Shown one piece after another: positions 1-9,225 of a stretch of DNA of 62,579 nt. The number at the start of each line of letters is the position of its first letter. Position 1 is the first letter of the stretch. The position numbers and the translations under genes were made by a program. The stretch is from the NCBI GenBank assembly GCA_038256845.1, contig JBBSJY010000001.1, positions 1 to 62,579 of the forward strand, in the 5' to 3' direction. The notes under the pieces were generated by a model, which saw nothing but the letters and a program-made list of their open reading frames with translations, did no database searches and had not been told where the DNA came from. Source of the DNA: Verrucomicrobiales bacterium (GTDB lineage Bacteria > Verrucomicrobiota > Verrucomicrobiia > Verrucomicrobiales > Akkermansiaceae).

Positions 1-906
1 CTGCAAATGAAGGCAAGCGCGGACGTCACGCTGCTGGCGGACGGCACCGCCCGCGTCACCAGCGCGACCACCGACATCGGCCCTGGGACTTACACGGTGA
101 TGACCATCATCGCCGCCGAGCATCTCGGGCTGGCACCGGAAAAAGTGCGCTTCGAGCTCGGTGACTCGCGTTTCCCGAAAGCCCCCTCGCAAGGCGGCTC
201 GTGGACCACGGCGAGCGTGGGCTCCGCAATTTACGGCGCGGCGGACGCGATCAAGAAGCGCCTGCTGGAACTGGCCGCCAAAGATTCTGAATCCCCTCTT
301 ACCGGTGCGAAAGCGGAAGACGTGGTGATGACCGAGGGCAAACTGCAGATGAAGAGCGATGCCGCCAAGGCCGTTTACTACATCGACGTGCTCAAAAAGA
401 ATAACCTCAACGAAATTAAAGAGGTCTTCGAATCAAAGCCCTCGCCGGAGCGCGAGAATTATGTATCCGCAGCACATGGAGCACAATTCGTCGAGGTGAA
501 GGTGGACCCGGACCTCGGCACCACCACGGTGACTCGCGTTATCGAGGTGACCGCTTGCGGCAAGATCATGAATCCGAAAACCTCGCACAGCCAGGAAATC
601 GGCGGCGTGGTCTGGGGCATGGGCATGGCGCTCGAGGAGGCCTCCGAAGTCGATCACCGCTACGGCCGCATCATGAACGCCTCGCTGGAAAGCTATCACG
701 TCCCGGTGAATGCCGACGTCCATCAGATCGAGACGATCTTCGTGGAAGAGGATGACAAGATCGTGAATCCGCTAGGCGTGAAAGGCATGGGCGAGCTGGG
801 CATGGTCGGCGTCCCCGCGGCCATTCTCAATGCGATCTATCATGCTACCGGCGTGCGGGTGCGGAACCTGCCCGCCACCCCGGACAAGCTCCTCGCCAAG
901 GCATGA
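1..906 (+). CDS. Xanthine dehydrogenase family molybdopterin-binding subunit (YagR/PaoC-like), 5' partial
   Basis: Motifs DIGPGTYT, SQGGSWTT, SQEIGGVVWG, GVKGMGELG, PAAILNAIYHATG typical of the MoCo-binding C-terminal half; the gene continues off the left edge. Confidence 0.9.
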   Translation: MQMKASADVTLLADGTARVTSATTDIGPGTYTVMTIIAAEHLGLAPEKVRFELGDSRFPKAPSQGGSWTTASVGSAIYGAADAIKKRLLELAAKDSESPLTGAKAEDVVMTEGKLQMKSDAAKAVYYIDVLKKNNLNEIKEVFESKPSPERENYVSAAHGAQFVEVKVDPDLGTTTVTRVIEVTACGKIMNPKTSHSQEIGGVVWGMGMALEEASEVDHRYGRIMNASLESYHVPVNADVHQIETIFVEEDDKIVNPLGVKGMGELGMVGVPAAILNAIYHATGVRVRNLPATPDKLLAKA

Positions 907-1835
907 AGGATTTCCAACAGATCCTCCACCAGGCCGGCGCTCAGCGGGATCATCCGTGGGCGCTGGCGACCTTGGTGGCGACGCGCGGCTCGACCTATCG
1001 TCGTCCCGGTGCGCGCCTGCTCGTCGCCCCGGACGGTGGGACGACCGGCGTGCTCAGCGGCGGCTGTCTGGAGGAGGAAATCGCCCGGCGGGGACTGCGC
1101 GTGTTGGAAACCGGTGCGCCGGAGCTTTTCGGCATCGACACGCGGCGCTTGTTCGGCTGCGAGGGACATCTGGAAATCTTCCTCGAGCGCATTCCAGCGG
1201 CGGGGGACGCCGGGAATTTCCTGACGCGGATCGGTGAGATCCTCGGCCAGCGGGGCGTGTGCAGGACACGGACGCGTTATGATTTTCCGGATGGATTTTC
1301 AGAAATGATTCCCGGCCACGAGCTCGTCATCGAGCGACCGGGCGTTTTCGTGCAGACCATTCCCCTTCCCGTGCGGCTGTTGCTGTTCGGCAGCGGACCG
1401 GAGATCGCGCCGCTGCGGTGGTTCGCTGCGGGGCTCGGCTGGCAAGTGCAGGAGCACGCGCACCCGGACGAACTGCCGGCGGATTTCATACCAGATGACC
1501 AGACCGCGGCAATGGTGATGACCCATCAGTTCGGGCGGGATCTGGCAGCGCTCGACCGGCTCCTTCCGCTAGGCTTGCCGTATCTCGGATTGTTAGGTCC
1601 CCGTCGGCGGCAGGCGGAGTTGTTGGAGCGGCTGCACGAATATCGCGAGCTGGAGCCGGGCTGGTTGGAGGCGCTGCATGCCCCGGCCGGACTCGACATC
1701 GGCAGCGAGACGCCTGAGGAAATCGCGCTTTCCATCGTGTCCGAGGCGGCCGCAGTGCTCGCCGGGCGGCGCGGTGGTTTCTTGAGCGAACGCACGGTCC
1801 CGATCCACGCCGCGGCGGTCGGCAAGGAGGCATGA
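903..1835 (+). CDS. XdhC/CoxI family molybdoenzyme maturation protein
   Basis: GSTYRRPGAR, LSGGCLE, FGCEG, YLGLLGP, HAPAGLDIGSETPEEIALSI; ATGA overlap with the upstream gene. Confidence 0.92.
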   Translation: MKDFQQILHQAGAQRDHPWALATLVATRGSTYRRPGARLLVAPDGGTTGVLSGGCLEEEIARRGLRVLETGAPELFGIDTRRLFGCEGHLEIFLERIPAAGDAGNFLTRIGEILGQRGVCRTRTRYDFPDGFSEMIPGHELVIERPGVFVQTIPLPVRLLLFGSGPEIAPLRWFAAGLGWQVQEHAHPDELPADFIPDDQTAAMVMTHQFGRDLAALDRLLPLGLPYLGLLGPRRRQAELLERLHEYRELEPGWLEALHAPAGLDIGSETPEEIALSIVSEAAAVLAGRRGGFLSERTVPIHAAAVGKEA

Positions 1836-2413
1836 CAGCCATCCTCCTCCTCGCGGCGGGTGGCTCGCGGCGGCTTGGCCAGCCGAAGCAACTCGTGACA
1901 TGGCGGGGCAAGCCGCTCATCCGTCACACCGCGGAAACAGCACTGGCTGCCGGACTCGGCCCGGTGGTGGTGGTGCTCGGTGCCGCCGAACCCGCGTGCC
2001 GCGAGGCGCTCGCCGGACTGGAACTCACGCTGATAGAAAACACCAATTGGGCCGACGGCATGGGCGAATCCATCGCGTGTGGAATGCGGGTACTGCCGGA
2101 AGCGGACGCGGTGATCATCACCCTTTGCGATATGCCGTTTCTAACGAAGGAAGTGTTCCTACGGTTAGAGCGCACAGGGCGTGAGAATAACGACGGCCGG
2201 GTAGCGACCTGCCACGGCGATGCAGCGGGTCCGCCAGCATGGTTTTCCCGCGTTTGGTTCCCGCCGCTCGCCAAGCTCGCCGGCCACGCCGGCGCGCGGA
2301 GCTTGTTCCAAGTTGGAGAAGCTCTGGAGCGGATCGATTTCCCGGAGGCGGCGGTGGACCTGGACACGCCGGCCGATCTCGCACAACTCCAGCAGGCGGA
2401 TCACAGGAGGTGA
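1832..2413 (+). CDS. Molybdenum cofactor cytidylyltransferase (MocA-like nucleotidyltransferase)
   Basis: LLAAGGSRRLGQPKQL, W.DGMGESI, LCDMP, DLDTP.D; adjacent to xdhC. Confidence 0.88.
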   Translation: MTAILLLAAGGSRRLGQPKQLVTWRGKPLIRHTAETALAAGLGPVVVVLGAAEPACREALAGLELTLIENTNWADGMGESIACGMRVLPEADAVIITLCDMPFLTKEVFLRLERTGRENNDGRVATCHGDAAGPPAWFSRVWFPPLAKLAGHAGARSLFQVGEALERIDFPEAAVDLDTPADLAQLQQADHRR

Positions 2414-2480
2414 GGGTCTCGCGCACCGAGTGATCGGTGATGAGGATGGCCAGGCCGTCGCGGTCGCGAAGCTCTCGGAC
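2400..2480 (-). pseudogene. Short internal fragment of an LptB-like ABC ATPase
   Basis: Translates as VRELRDRDGLAILITDHSVRETLTSCD, matching the LptB H-loop region (GVLITDHNVRETL..CDRAY); no start codon or flanking coding context. Confidence 0.65.
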
Positions 2481-2618
2481 GCAAGATTTCCTCCACGGCG
2501 ATGAAACGGAAACTTCCCGGGCCGGGCGAACCATCTAACAGCGCGACGCGGCTTGCGAGTGCGTGGACTGTCAGCCGATTCCGCTCGGATGCTGGATTTC
2601 AAAAGTCTCTCCCATCGC

Positions 2619-3683
2619 TTAACTTCTCCCTGCAGCCACATGGTCCCATTCGAGAGGCGTGCCGGGGGCGAGATCCCGGGTGGCCCGGCGGCCGAGGATT
2701 TCCTCGAGATGCTTCGGTGGCAGTCCGTTTCCCGGCCTGACCGAGCGGATGTTCCCACGGGTGAAAATCTCTCCGGAGGCGACCGGTTTCGCCACGAAAA
2801 GGGAACGGCGGAACTGACGGGAAGGACGTTGTGAGTCGGTGAGATCGAAACTGGCGATCCCCACCGCCTTCTCGGCCGCGCGGACCGCCTCGACCATTTG
2901 GCGGAACTCGGCGGGTTCCAGCGAGAAATGGGAATCCGGCCCGCCATCGGCACGGCGCAAGGTCAGGTGTTTCTCGATGAGATTTCCGCCCAAGGCGACC
3001 GAGGTGACCGGCACCGCGATCCCGAGGGTGTGGTCCGACAAGCCGGCGGGACATCCGAACGTTTCCGCCAGGTAGGGAATCGTCCGCAGGTTCATCTCTT
3101 CAGGCGGGGCGGGGTACGCCGACACGCACTTGAGAAGCGCGAGCCCGCCGCATCCCGCCGCCCGCGCCACTTCCACGGCCTCTGCGACCTCCGTCTCCGC
3201 GGCCATGCCGGTTGAAATGATGACCGGTTTTCCGGTGTTTGCGGTCTTCCGGATCAGCTCGTGGTCCACGATCTCAAACGAGGCGATCTTGTAAGCGGGA
3301 CAGTCGAGTCGTTCGAGAAAATCCACGGCGCTCGCATCGAAGGGTGAGGAAAAGCAGATCAATCCGTGGCGTCTGGCAGCTTCGAAAAGCTCCGCATGCC
3401 ACTCCCAGGGCGTGTGCGCTTCCTCATAAAGCTCGAAAAGCCGGCGGCCTTCCCAAGCGGTCCCCTTGCCAATCCGGAAGCATGGAGCATCGCAATCCAG
3501 CGTAATCGTGTCCGCCCGATAGGTCTGGAGCTTGATGGCGTCGGCACCGGCCGCCGCCGCGGCGGCGACCAGCTCAAGCGCCACGCCGAGCTTCTGGCCA
3601 TGGTTTGCCGAGAGTTCGGCGATGATGAAACAAGGCGCTCCCGGACCGATCCTGCGGCCGGCGATTTCAAAGGAGGGATTCAT
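2619..3683 (-). CDS. pseI: Pseudaminic acid synthase
   Basis: IIAELSANH, IKLQTY.ADTITL, EAHTPWEWH, GLSDHTLG, IEKH.TL, C-terminal SAF domain (RRSL...RPG.GLPP); pse cluster context. Confidence 0.92.
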   Translation of the reverse strand: MNPSFEIAGRRIGPGAPCFIIAELSANHGQKLGVALELVAAAAAAGADAIKLQTYRADTITLDCDAPCFRIGKGTAWEGRRLFELYEEAHTPWEWHAELFEAARRHGLICFSSPFDASAVDFLERLDCPAYKIASFEIVDHELIRKTANTGKPVIISTGMAAETEVAEAVEVARAAGCGGLALLKCVSAYPAPPEEMNLRTIPYLAETFGCPAGLSDHTLGIAVPVTSVALGGNLIEKHLTLRRADGGPDSHFSLEPAEFRQMVEAVRAAEKAVGIASFDLTDSQRPSRQFRRSLFVAKPVASGEIFTRGNIRSVRPGNGLPPKHLEEILGRRATRDLAPGTPLEWDHVAAGRS

Positions 3684-5140
3684 GGCGACAAGCGGTAGCG
3701 TTGGCGGTCCGGCTCGGATTCGGCGGCCTGGAAACCGGCTTTTTCAAAACAACGGCGGGAGGCGATGTTGTCATCCTTGATCCATGCATCAATCGCGACC
3801 TTCGGAAGTTCCCGCCAAAATCGCTCACACGCGCGGCGGACAATGAGCGCCGAAAGACCCTTGCCGCGAGCCGGCGGCGCGAGATTGAGTGAGACGGACG
3901 CGGAATCCGGGAGGCGCAGATCGAACCTCACTACCGCCAGCACGCCGCCGGTCGCGGAAGTGGCGAACCAGAACGGGTCGTGCAGGGCGGTGCGACGGCG
4001 AAACCAGGCGAGATGGTTTTCCCAGGAAATTGGATCCGAGTCAAAAGAGGCGGTCCGTGTCGCCGGATCGTTTGCCAGCAGCCAGGTGAGCCGCGAATCC
4101 TCTTCGGACACGGGCCGGAAATCAAATTCAGGCAGTCCCAGCAACTCGCAGATGCGGGCGGTGCCATAGCCATCCACGAGATCCGCACCCCCACGCGCTG
4201 CCCTCCGCCGCCAGTCGGCGCCGTTGAGGAGCAGGGTCAGAGCGCCCGGATCCACCCGCAATTCGCCGTCGCGGGCATCAGCGAGTTGCAGCGCGACTTC
4301 CACCCCCATCAGGCTGGCGCAGACTTCCCATTGATTCTCCGCGGTCATCACCAAGCCGGTCGCCAGCCCGTGATGGAGCGCTTCAAATGCGGTGGTGCTT
4401 GGAGAAACCACGGCGGTATCCGCCCACTCCAAGTGAGGTTTCATGTCGGGAGGGCACTGGATTACCTGGAGCCGGGGATGGCGGCGCGCGATTTCCAGGA
4501 AAGCGTCAAGATTGGTGGCGGCGGGACCGACGAGTGCGCGAAGCTCCGCCGCCGGACCTGCTGCAAGGAGAGTTTCCGCCACCCGCGGTCCGGCGTTGCG
4601 TGGATCGGCACCGCCAAGAACCAATAGGAGTTTCAATGCGGCCGGCGGAACAGGGGCGGGCGTGCGGTGGCGCCGCACCTCTTCCCGGATCAGAAGAAAT
4701 TGCGGGCCGCTGAAGGCGGCGTGGAGCGCCTGAGGAGACAAGGGGACGGCTCGCGGCGAAATGAGAATATCGGCCCGAGTATGGATCGGATCTGCAAAGT
4801 CGTTCAGCGCGGCGGTCCGCCAGCGCCGGGAAGCGGGCATGCCCTCCCACCACGCCGGACCGAGACCGTAGTGATCGACTAACAGCAGATTGGCCCTCAT
4901 CCGGCTCGCCGCAGCGGCGGCTTCGGCGGCATCCTCCGCTCGTTCCAGCCATTCCAACCGGATGTCAGACCGGCTCAGGCGCTCCGCCATGATCTCGGGC
5001 ATATCGGCGCTCAGATAGGCCACGTTTCCTCCACGTCGCTGCCATTCCTGGGCGATCGCCAGCGTGCGCATGACATGACCGATGCCGCCGGCGTGGCTGG
5101 CGTCGGCACGGATTGCGAGCAACGGTCCAGCCGCTTTCAT
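3680..5140 (-). CDS. pseG: PseG-like UDP-sugar hydrolase fused to C-terminal GNAT acetyltransferase (PseG-PseH fusion)
   Basis: N-terminal IRADAS..GGIGHVMR, VDHY, LGGADP, AENQ; C-terminal ANDP.TR..SF...ISWENH..WF and N.AS...FEKAGF. Confidence 0.82.
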   Translation of the reverse strand: MKAAGPLLAIRADASHAGGIGHVMRTLAIAQEWQRRGGNVAYLSADMPEIMAERLSRSDIRLEWLERAEDAAEAAAAASRMRANLLLVDHYGLGPAWWEGMPASRRWRTAALNDFADPIHTRADILISPRAVPLSPQALHAAFSGPQFLLIREEVRRHRTPAPVPPAALKLLLVLGGADPRNAGPRVAETLLAAGPAAELRALVGPAATNLDAFLEIARRHPRLQVIQCPPDMKPHLEWADTAVVSPSTTAFEALHHGLATGLVMTAENQWEVCASLMGVEVALQLADARDGELRVDPGALTLLLNGADWRRRAARGGADLVDGYGTARICELLGLPEFDFRPVSEEDSRLTWLLANDPATRTASFDSDPISWENHLAWFRRRTALHDPFWFATSATGGVLAVVRFDLRLPDSASVSLNLAPPARGKGLSALIVRRACERFWRELPKVAIDAWIKDDNIASRRCFEKAGFQAAESEPDRQRYRLSP

Positions 5141-5871
5141 GACTCCACGACCTTTTGCCGGATGGAGGAATTGATGGAGACCCAGCTCGGGTGGGTGTCG
5201 AGCAACGCCAAAGTGTCCTGCCAGCGGTAACGATTCCGGGGCATCGCTGTTAGAATCCGGTCTAACAAATCGCGATCGGCCTCGGTATCGAGTGTCCAGC
5301 GATGATGCGAGAGGTCCGCCTCCAGCGTCGCGCCCGAAACCCGGAATAGCTCGGGGTGGCGATAGAGATACGGGGTGACATGTTCGCGCTCCTCCGGCTG
5401 ATGAGCCTCCCGCCCCGCACGTTGGAGAGCGGAGCTCGAAAAAACCTCCACATCCAGACCATGCGGGATCCGTCTCGGCGGCAGCGTGTTGGAATGATAG
5501 TCGAGGGTTCCGCCGGCATCCTTCAGGTGTGAAACAAGCGAGTCGATCAGGTTCGGATCCGTCAACGGACAGTCAGCGGTGATACGCACCGCGATATCCG
5601 TGGGAAAGGTTTCCAACGCGAGCAGGTATCGCGACAGCACATCGGTTTCACTTCCACGGACGAAAGGGATGCCGCAGCCGGAGCAATGGTCGGCGATCGG
5701 ATCATCGCCGGGATCGGAGGAGGTGGCCACCACCACGAGCTCGACCTCCCGCGCCGCGCGCACCCGCTCCAACACATGATCGATGGCGGGTCGGCCGGCG
5801 AGTGGCAGCAGGACCTTGCCGGGTAGTCGCGAACTGCCCATTCGCGCCTGGATGATGGCCGTCGTCTTCAT
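5137..5871 (-). CDS. SpsF-like cytidylyltransferase (likely CMP-Pse synthetase role)
   Basis: IIQARMGSSRLPGKVL, GSETDVLSRY, RITADCP, REHVTPY, RWTLDT. Confidence 0.85.
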   Translation of the reverse strand: MKTTAIIQARMGSSRLPGKVLLPLAGRPAIDHVLERVRAAREVELVVVATSSDPGDDPIADHCSGCGIPFVRGSETDVLSRYLLALETFPTDIAVRITADCPLTDPNLIDSLVSHLKDAGGTLDYHSNTLPPRRIPHGLDVEVFSSSALQRAGREAHQPEEREHVTPYLYRHPELFRVSGATLEADLSHHRWTLDTEADRDLLDRILTAMPRNRYRWQDTLALLDTHPSWVSINSSIRQKVVES

Positions 5872-7067
5872 CGTCCGGGGAGTGATTTCACGGCATCAAT
5901 CACCCTGTCAACCTCCAGGTCGGTTAGAGACGGGTAGAGGGGCAACGAGAGACACCCGCGGTAAAATTCCTCCGCGACCGGGCATTTGCCGGGGGCATAT
6001 CCGAATGTCTCGCGATACCAGGGTTGGAGATAAACCGGAATGTATAGCACCTGGCTGCCCACGCCCGAATCCTTGAGCACCTCCATCGCACGGGTTCGGG
6101 TCATGCCGATGGAGTCGAAATCGATCCGGACCGTGTAAAGGTGCCAGGACACGTGATCGCGGTCTTCCATACGACGCAGGCCGGGCGTATTCAGCCATGG
6201 CAAATCCGCCAGCGCCCGATTGTATCGTCCGACGATCTCCCGCCGCCGCCGCAGAAATTCCGGCAGCTTGGAGAGCTGCGATCGGCCCAGCGCACATTGG
6301 ATGTCGGTGATGCGGAAATTATGTCCGAGGGCCTGCATTTCATGAAACCACGGGCCTTTCTCCGCGAGCGGATCATTCTCAGCCGGCGAGGCGAAACGGC
6401 ACGGATCCCGCTCAACGCCGTGAGCACGGAGCTGGCGCGCGCGGCGGGCGATTTCGTCGTCGTTGGTTACGAGCATTCCCCCTTCTCCCGTGGTCAGGGT
6501 CTTCACCGGATGAAATGAGAAAACCGTCATATCCGCCCAAGGATGGTTACCGATACACCATTCTCTTCCCTCATGAACGAAGCCGCCGCCGGCGCCATGG
6601 CTGGCGTCCTCGATCACAGTCGCTCCATGGGCCCGCGCGATCCCGGCGATCGACGGCATGTCCGCGGACTGCCCGGCATAAGCAACCGCCACCACCGCCT
6701 TCACACGCTCGTCCCACACCCTCTCCAGTGCGGCGGGATCCAGATTATGGGAAATTGGATCCACATCGGCAAAGTCCGGGGTGGCGCCGACGTAGGCCGC
6801 GCAATTCGCGGAGGCCAGGAATGTAATCGGCGAAGTGATCACGCGATCACCCGCCTTCACGCCGGCGACCCACATCGCCAAATGCAGCGCCGCGGTGGCA
6901 TTGCAGACGGCCACGGCATGTTTCGCCCCGACAAATCCGGCGAATTCGTGCTCGAACGCTTCGACCTCCGGCCCGCAGGTCAGGAAATCGGAACGCAGCA
7001 CCCGGCAGACGGCCGCAACATCGTCGTCGTCGATCGTCTGTCGGCCGTATGGGAGAAAGTCAGACAT
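5868..7067 (-). CDS. pseC: UDP-4-amino-4,6-dideoxy-N-acetyl-beta-L-altrosamine transaminase
   Basis: LPYGRQTIDDDD, FSFHPVK..TTGEGG, N.RITDIQCALG.SQL; start set at MSDFLPYG, which overlaps the pseB stop. Confidence 0.9.
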   Translation of the reverse strand: MSDFLPYGRQTIDDDDVAAVCRVLRSDFLTCGPEVEAFEHEFAGFVGAKHAVAVCNATAALHLAMWVAGVKAGDRVITSPITFLASANCAAYVGATPDFADVDPISHNLDPAALERVWDERVKAVVAVAYAGQSADMPSIAGIARAHGATVIEDASHGAGGGFVHEGREWCIGNHPWADMTVFSFHPVKTLTTGEGGMLVTNDDEIARRARQLRAHGVERDPCRFASPAENDPLAEKGPWFHEMQALGHNFRITDIQCALGRSQLSKLPEFLRRRREIVGRYNRALADLPWLNTPGLRRMEDRDHVSWHLYTVRIDFDSIGMTRTRAMEVLKDSGVGSQVLYIPVYLQPWYRETFGYAPGKCPVAEEFYRGCLSLPLYPSLTDLEVDRVIDAVKSLPGR

Positions 7068-8082
7068 CGAAATCCGGATCGACATGTTCGCGGATCAGCT
7101 TCCGCAGTTGGGCCGCGTCCAACCACTGGCTGTTCTCGCCGGAATTGTAACGGAAGTCGCTGTCCACCGTTTTCCCGTCATGATGTTGGATGTAGCGTTC
7201 CATCAGATCCTCGTGCGATTCCATATATAGCATCGGCACGATGACATAGTTGCGTTCCGTCTCGATGGTGTTAGGGGCGTCGCTGGCGGTGATCATCTCC
7301 TCATGGAGTTTCTCGCCGGGGCGGATCCCGACGATTTCCTGCTCGCACCCCGGAGCGATCGCATCCGCGACCTCGGTGATGCGGTAGGAAGGAATCTTCG
7401 GAACATAGATCTCGCCGCCGAGGGAATGCTCGAGCGCGTGGATGACCAGATCGACGCCCTCATCGAGAGAGATATTGAACCGCGTCATCCTTGGATCGGT
7501 GATCGGCAGCACGCCCGACTTCCGGCGGCTCATGAAGAATGGAATGACCGACCCGCGGGAGCCCATCACGTTGCCATATCTCACCACCGAGAATCGTACG
7601 TCGTGGTGGCCGCGGATGTTGTTGGCCGCGATGAAAAGCTTGTCCGAGCAGAGCTTCGTCGCGCCGTAGAGATTGATGGGCGCGGCGGCCTTGTCGGTGG
7701 AAAGCGCGACCACGTTCTTCACCCCGGCATCAATGCAGGCCTCGATCAGGTTCTGCGCGCCGAGGACATTGGTTTTGATGCACTCGAAGGGATTGTATTC
7801 CGCGGTGGGAACCTGCTTGAGGGCCGCGGCGTGGATCACGGTATCGATCCCCTCCAGCGAGCGGGCGACCCGATCGGCATCCCGGACGTCGCCGATAAAG
7901 TAACGCAGCTGAGGGTGGCGCTCCGGCGGGAGTTCCTGGGCCATTTCAAACTGCTTGAGTTCATCCCGCGAAAAGACCACCAGCCGCCTCACGCCCGGGT
8001 AGTCGCGCAGGACGCGGCGGACGAAGCATTTCCCGAAGGAACCTGTTCCGCCCGTGAGTAGGATCGATTTGTCGTTGAGCAT
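7060..8082 (-). CDS. pseB: UDP-N-acetylglucosamine 4,6-dehydratase (inverting)
   Basis: TGGTGSFG, SRDELKQ, HAAALKQVP.AEYNP, LSTDKA, YGATK, RYGNV.GSRGSV, GIRPGEKLHEEM. Confidence 0.95.
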   Translation of the reverse strand: MLNDKSILLTGGTGSFGKCFVRRVLRDYPGVRRLVVFSRDELKQFEMAQELPPERHPQLRYFIGDVRDADRVARSLEGIDTVIHAAALKQVPTAEYNPFECIKTNVLGAQNLIEACIDAGVKNVVALSTDKAAAPINLYGATKLCSDKLFIAANNIRGHHDVRFSVVRYGNVMGSRGSVIPFFMSRRKSGVLPITDPRMTRFNISLDEGVDLVIHALEHSLGGEIYVPKIPSYRITEVADAIAPGCEQEIVGIRPGEKLHEEMITASDAPNTIETERNYVIVPMLYMESHEDLMERYIQHHDGKTVDSDFRYNSGENSQWLDAAQLRKLIREHVDPDFDV

Positions 8083-8139
8083 GGCGGTCGGTAGGGCTCG
8101 GAAGTTTTGTGGCGGCGGTGAGGAAAAGGAAGACCGAAT

Positions 8140-9225
8140 TCAGCGTGAGTCGATCCTCTCCAGCTCCCGCCGCAGCGGAGCGGCGGTCCTCTGGATGTGG
8201 AAGGAACGCCGGATTTCCTCTTGCATGGCGAAAAGATCGGGACCGCACCCGGGCCAGTTTCGCCACAGGGCAACGATCCGTTCGGCCAGAGTTTCCGGAT
8301 CTTCAGGCGGAAATTGCCAGGCTGGCGGCAAACCGATCCGCCCGATCGCTCCGGTCGTCGAAGCCAGGGTGGGAACCCCCGCAAGAATCGTTTCCATGGG
8401 TGACATTCCGAAAGTCTCCGCACGCGAGGGATGCACCACCAGTCCGTAATCCCGCGCCACCCGGCCCAAGTCTTCCACCCGACCGATAAACCGGAATCGG
8501 CACCTGCGGTCTTTTCGGAGCAGGTTTTCGGCACGTGTCGGCGGTTCGGAAGTGAAGTCGCATTGCAAGTGCGGAAATTCCGGATGCCGCGCCTCCACAA
8601 GATCAAGCGCCTCGATAAAATCCGTGAAGCCTTTTGCCAGATGGGCGGTGCCGACGATGAGCAACCGGGTGGGGAAATGCCGGGCCGGCTTCAAGGGAGG
8701 GTGGAAATCAGCTTCCGCAAATCCCTCTTCGAATCGGGTGGGAACCGTTCCGCTCCAAACCGCGACCCGCTGCTGGAGATCCGGCCCCACTGTCATCAAG
8801 CGGTCGCACCGCGAACACTGGTATTTGGAGAAATCGCGGGCATTCATGGCGGCGGACCGTAGGATACCCACCACCGGAACCCCACCCATCGCCGAGGCGG
8901 CGGCGATGGCCAGCGGGCACTCCTGGTGATCATTGGCGATCACGGCCCATGGGAAAATTCCAACGGAATCCGCCAGGGCCGCAACGGACCGGCCGAAGAT
9001 CCCGAGTCCCATCAAGCGCGAACCAAGAGAGCGGGGCCCGGGGAAATCCGCGATCAGCACGGGGATGTTCTGTTGTCGCAACGAGGCCGTGAGCCATCCT
9101 TCTCCGCCCGCGAGAACCGCGGGCCTCAAGTCGGGAATCGCGCCGGCCAGACGTACCAGCGATGTCTGCGCCCCCGCCCGGGACGGGCGCTTCTGAATGA
9201 ACAGGAGATGGCGGCCGGCGGTCAT
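8140..9225 (-). CDS. Glycosyltransferase family 4 (GT-B)
   Basis: AGAQ at the N-terminus, KG...F, HPSRAETFGMSPME...G.P motif. Confidence 0.85.
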   Translation of the reverse strand: MTAGRHLLFIQKRPSRAGAQTSLVRLAGAIPDLRPAVLAGGEGWLTASLRQQNIPVLIADFPGPRSLGSRLMGLGIFGRSVAALADSVGIFPWAVIANDHQECPLAIAAASAMGGVPVVGILRSAAMNARDFSKYQCSRCDRLMTVGPDLQQRVAVWSGTVPTRFEEGFAEADFHPPLKPARHFPTRLLIVGTAHLAKGFTDFIEALDLVEARHPEFPHLQCDFTSEPPTRAENLLRKDRRCRFRFIGRVEDLGRVARDYGLVVHPSRAETFGMSPMETILAGVPTLASTTGAIGRIGLPPAWQFPPEDPETLAERIVALWRNWPGCGPDLFAMQEEIRRSFHIQRTAAPLRRELERIDSR

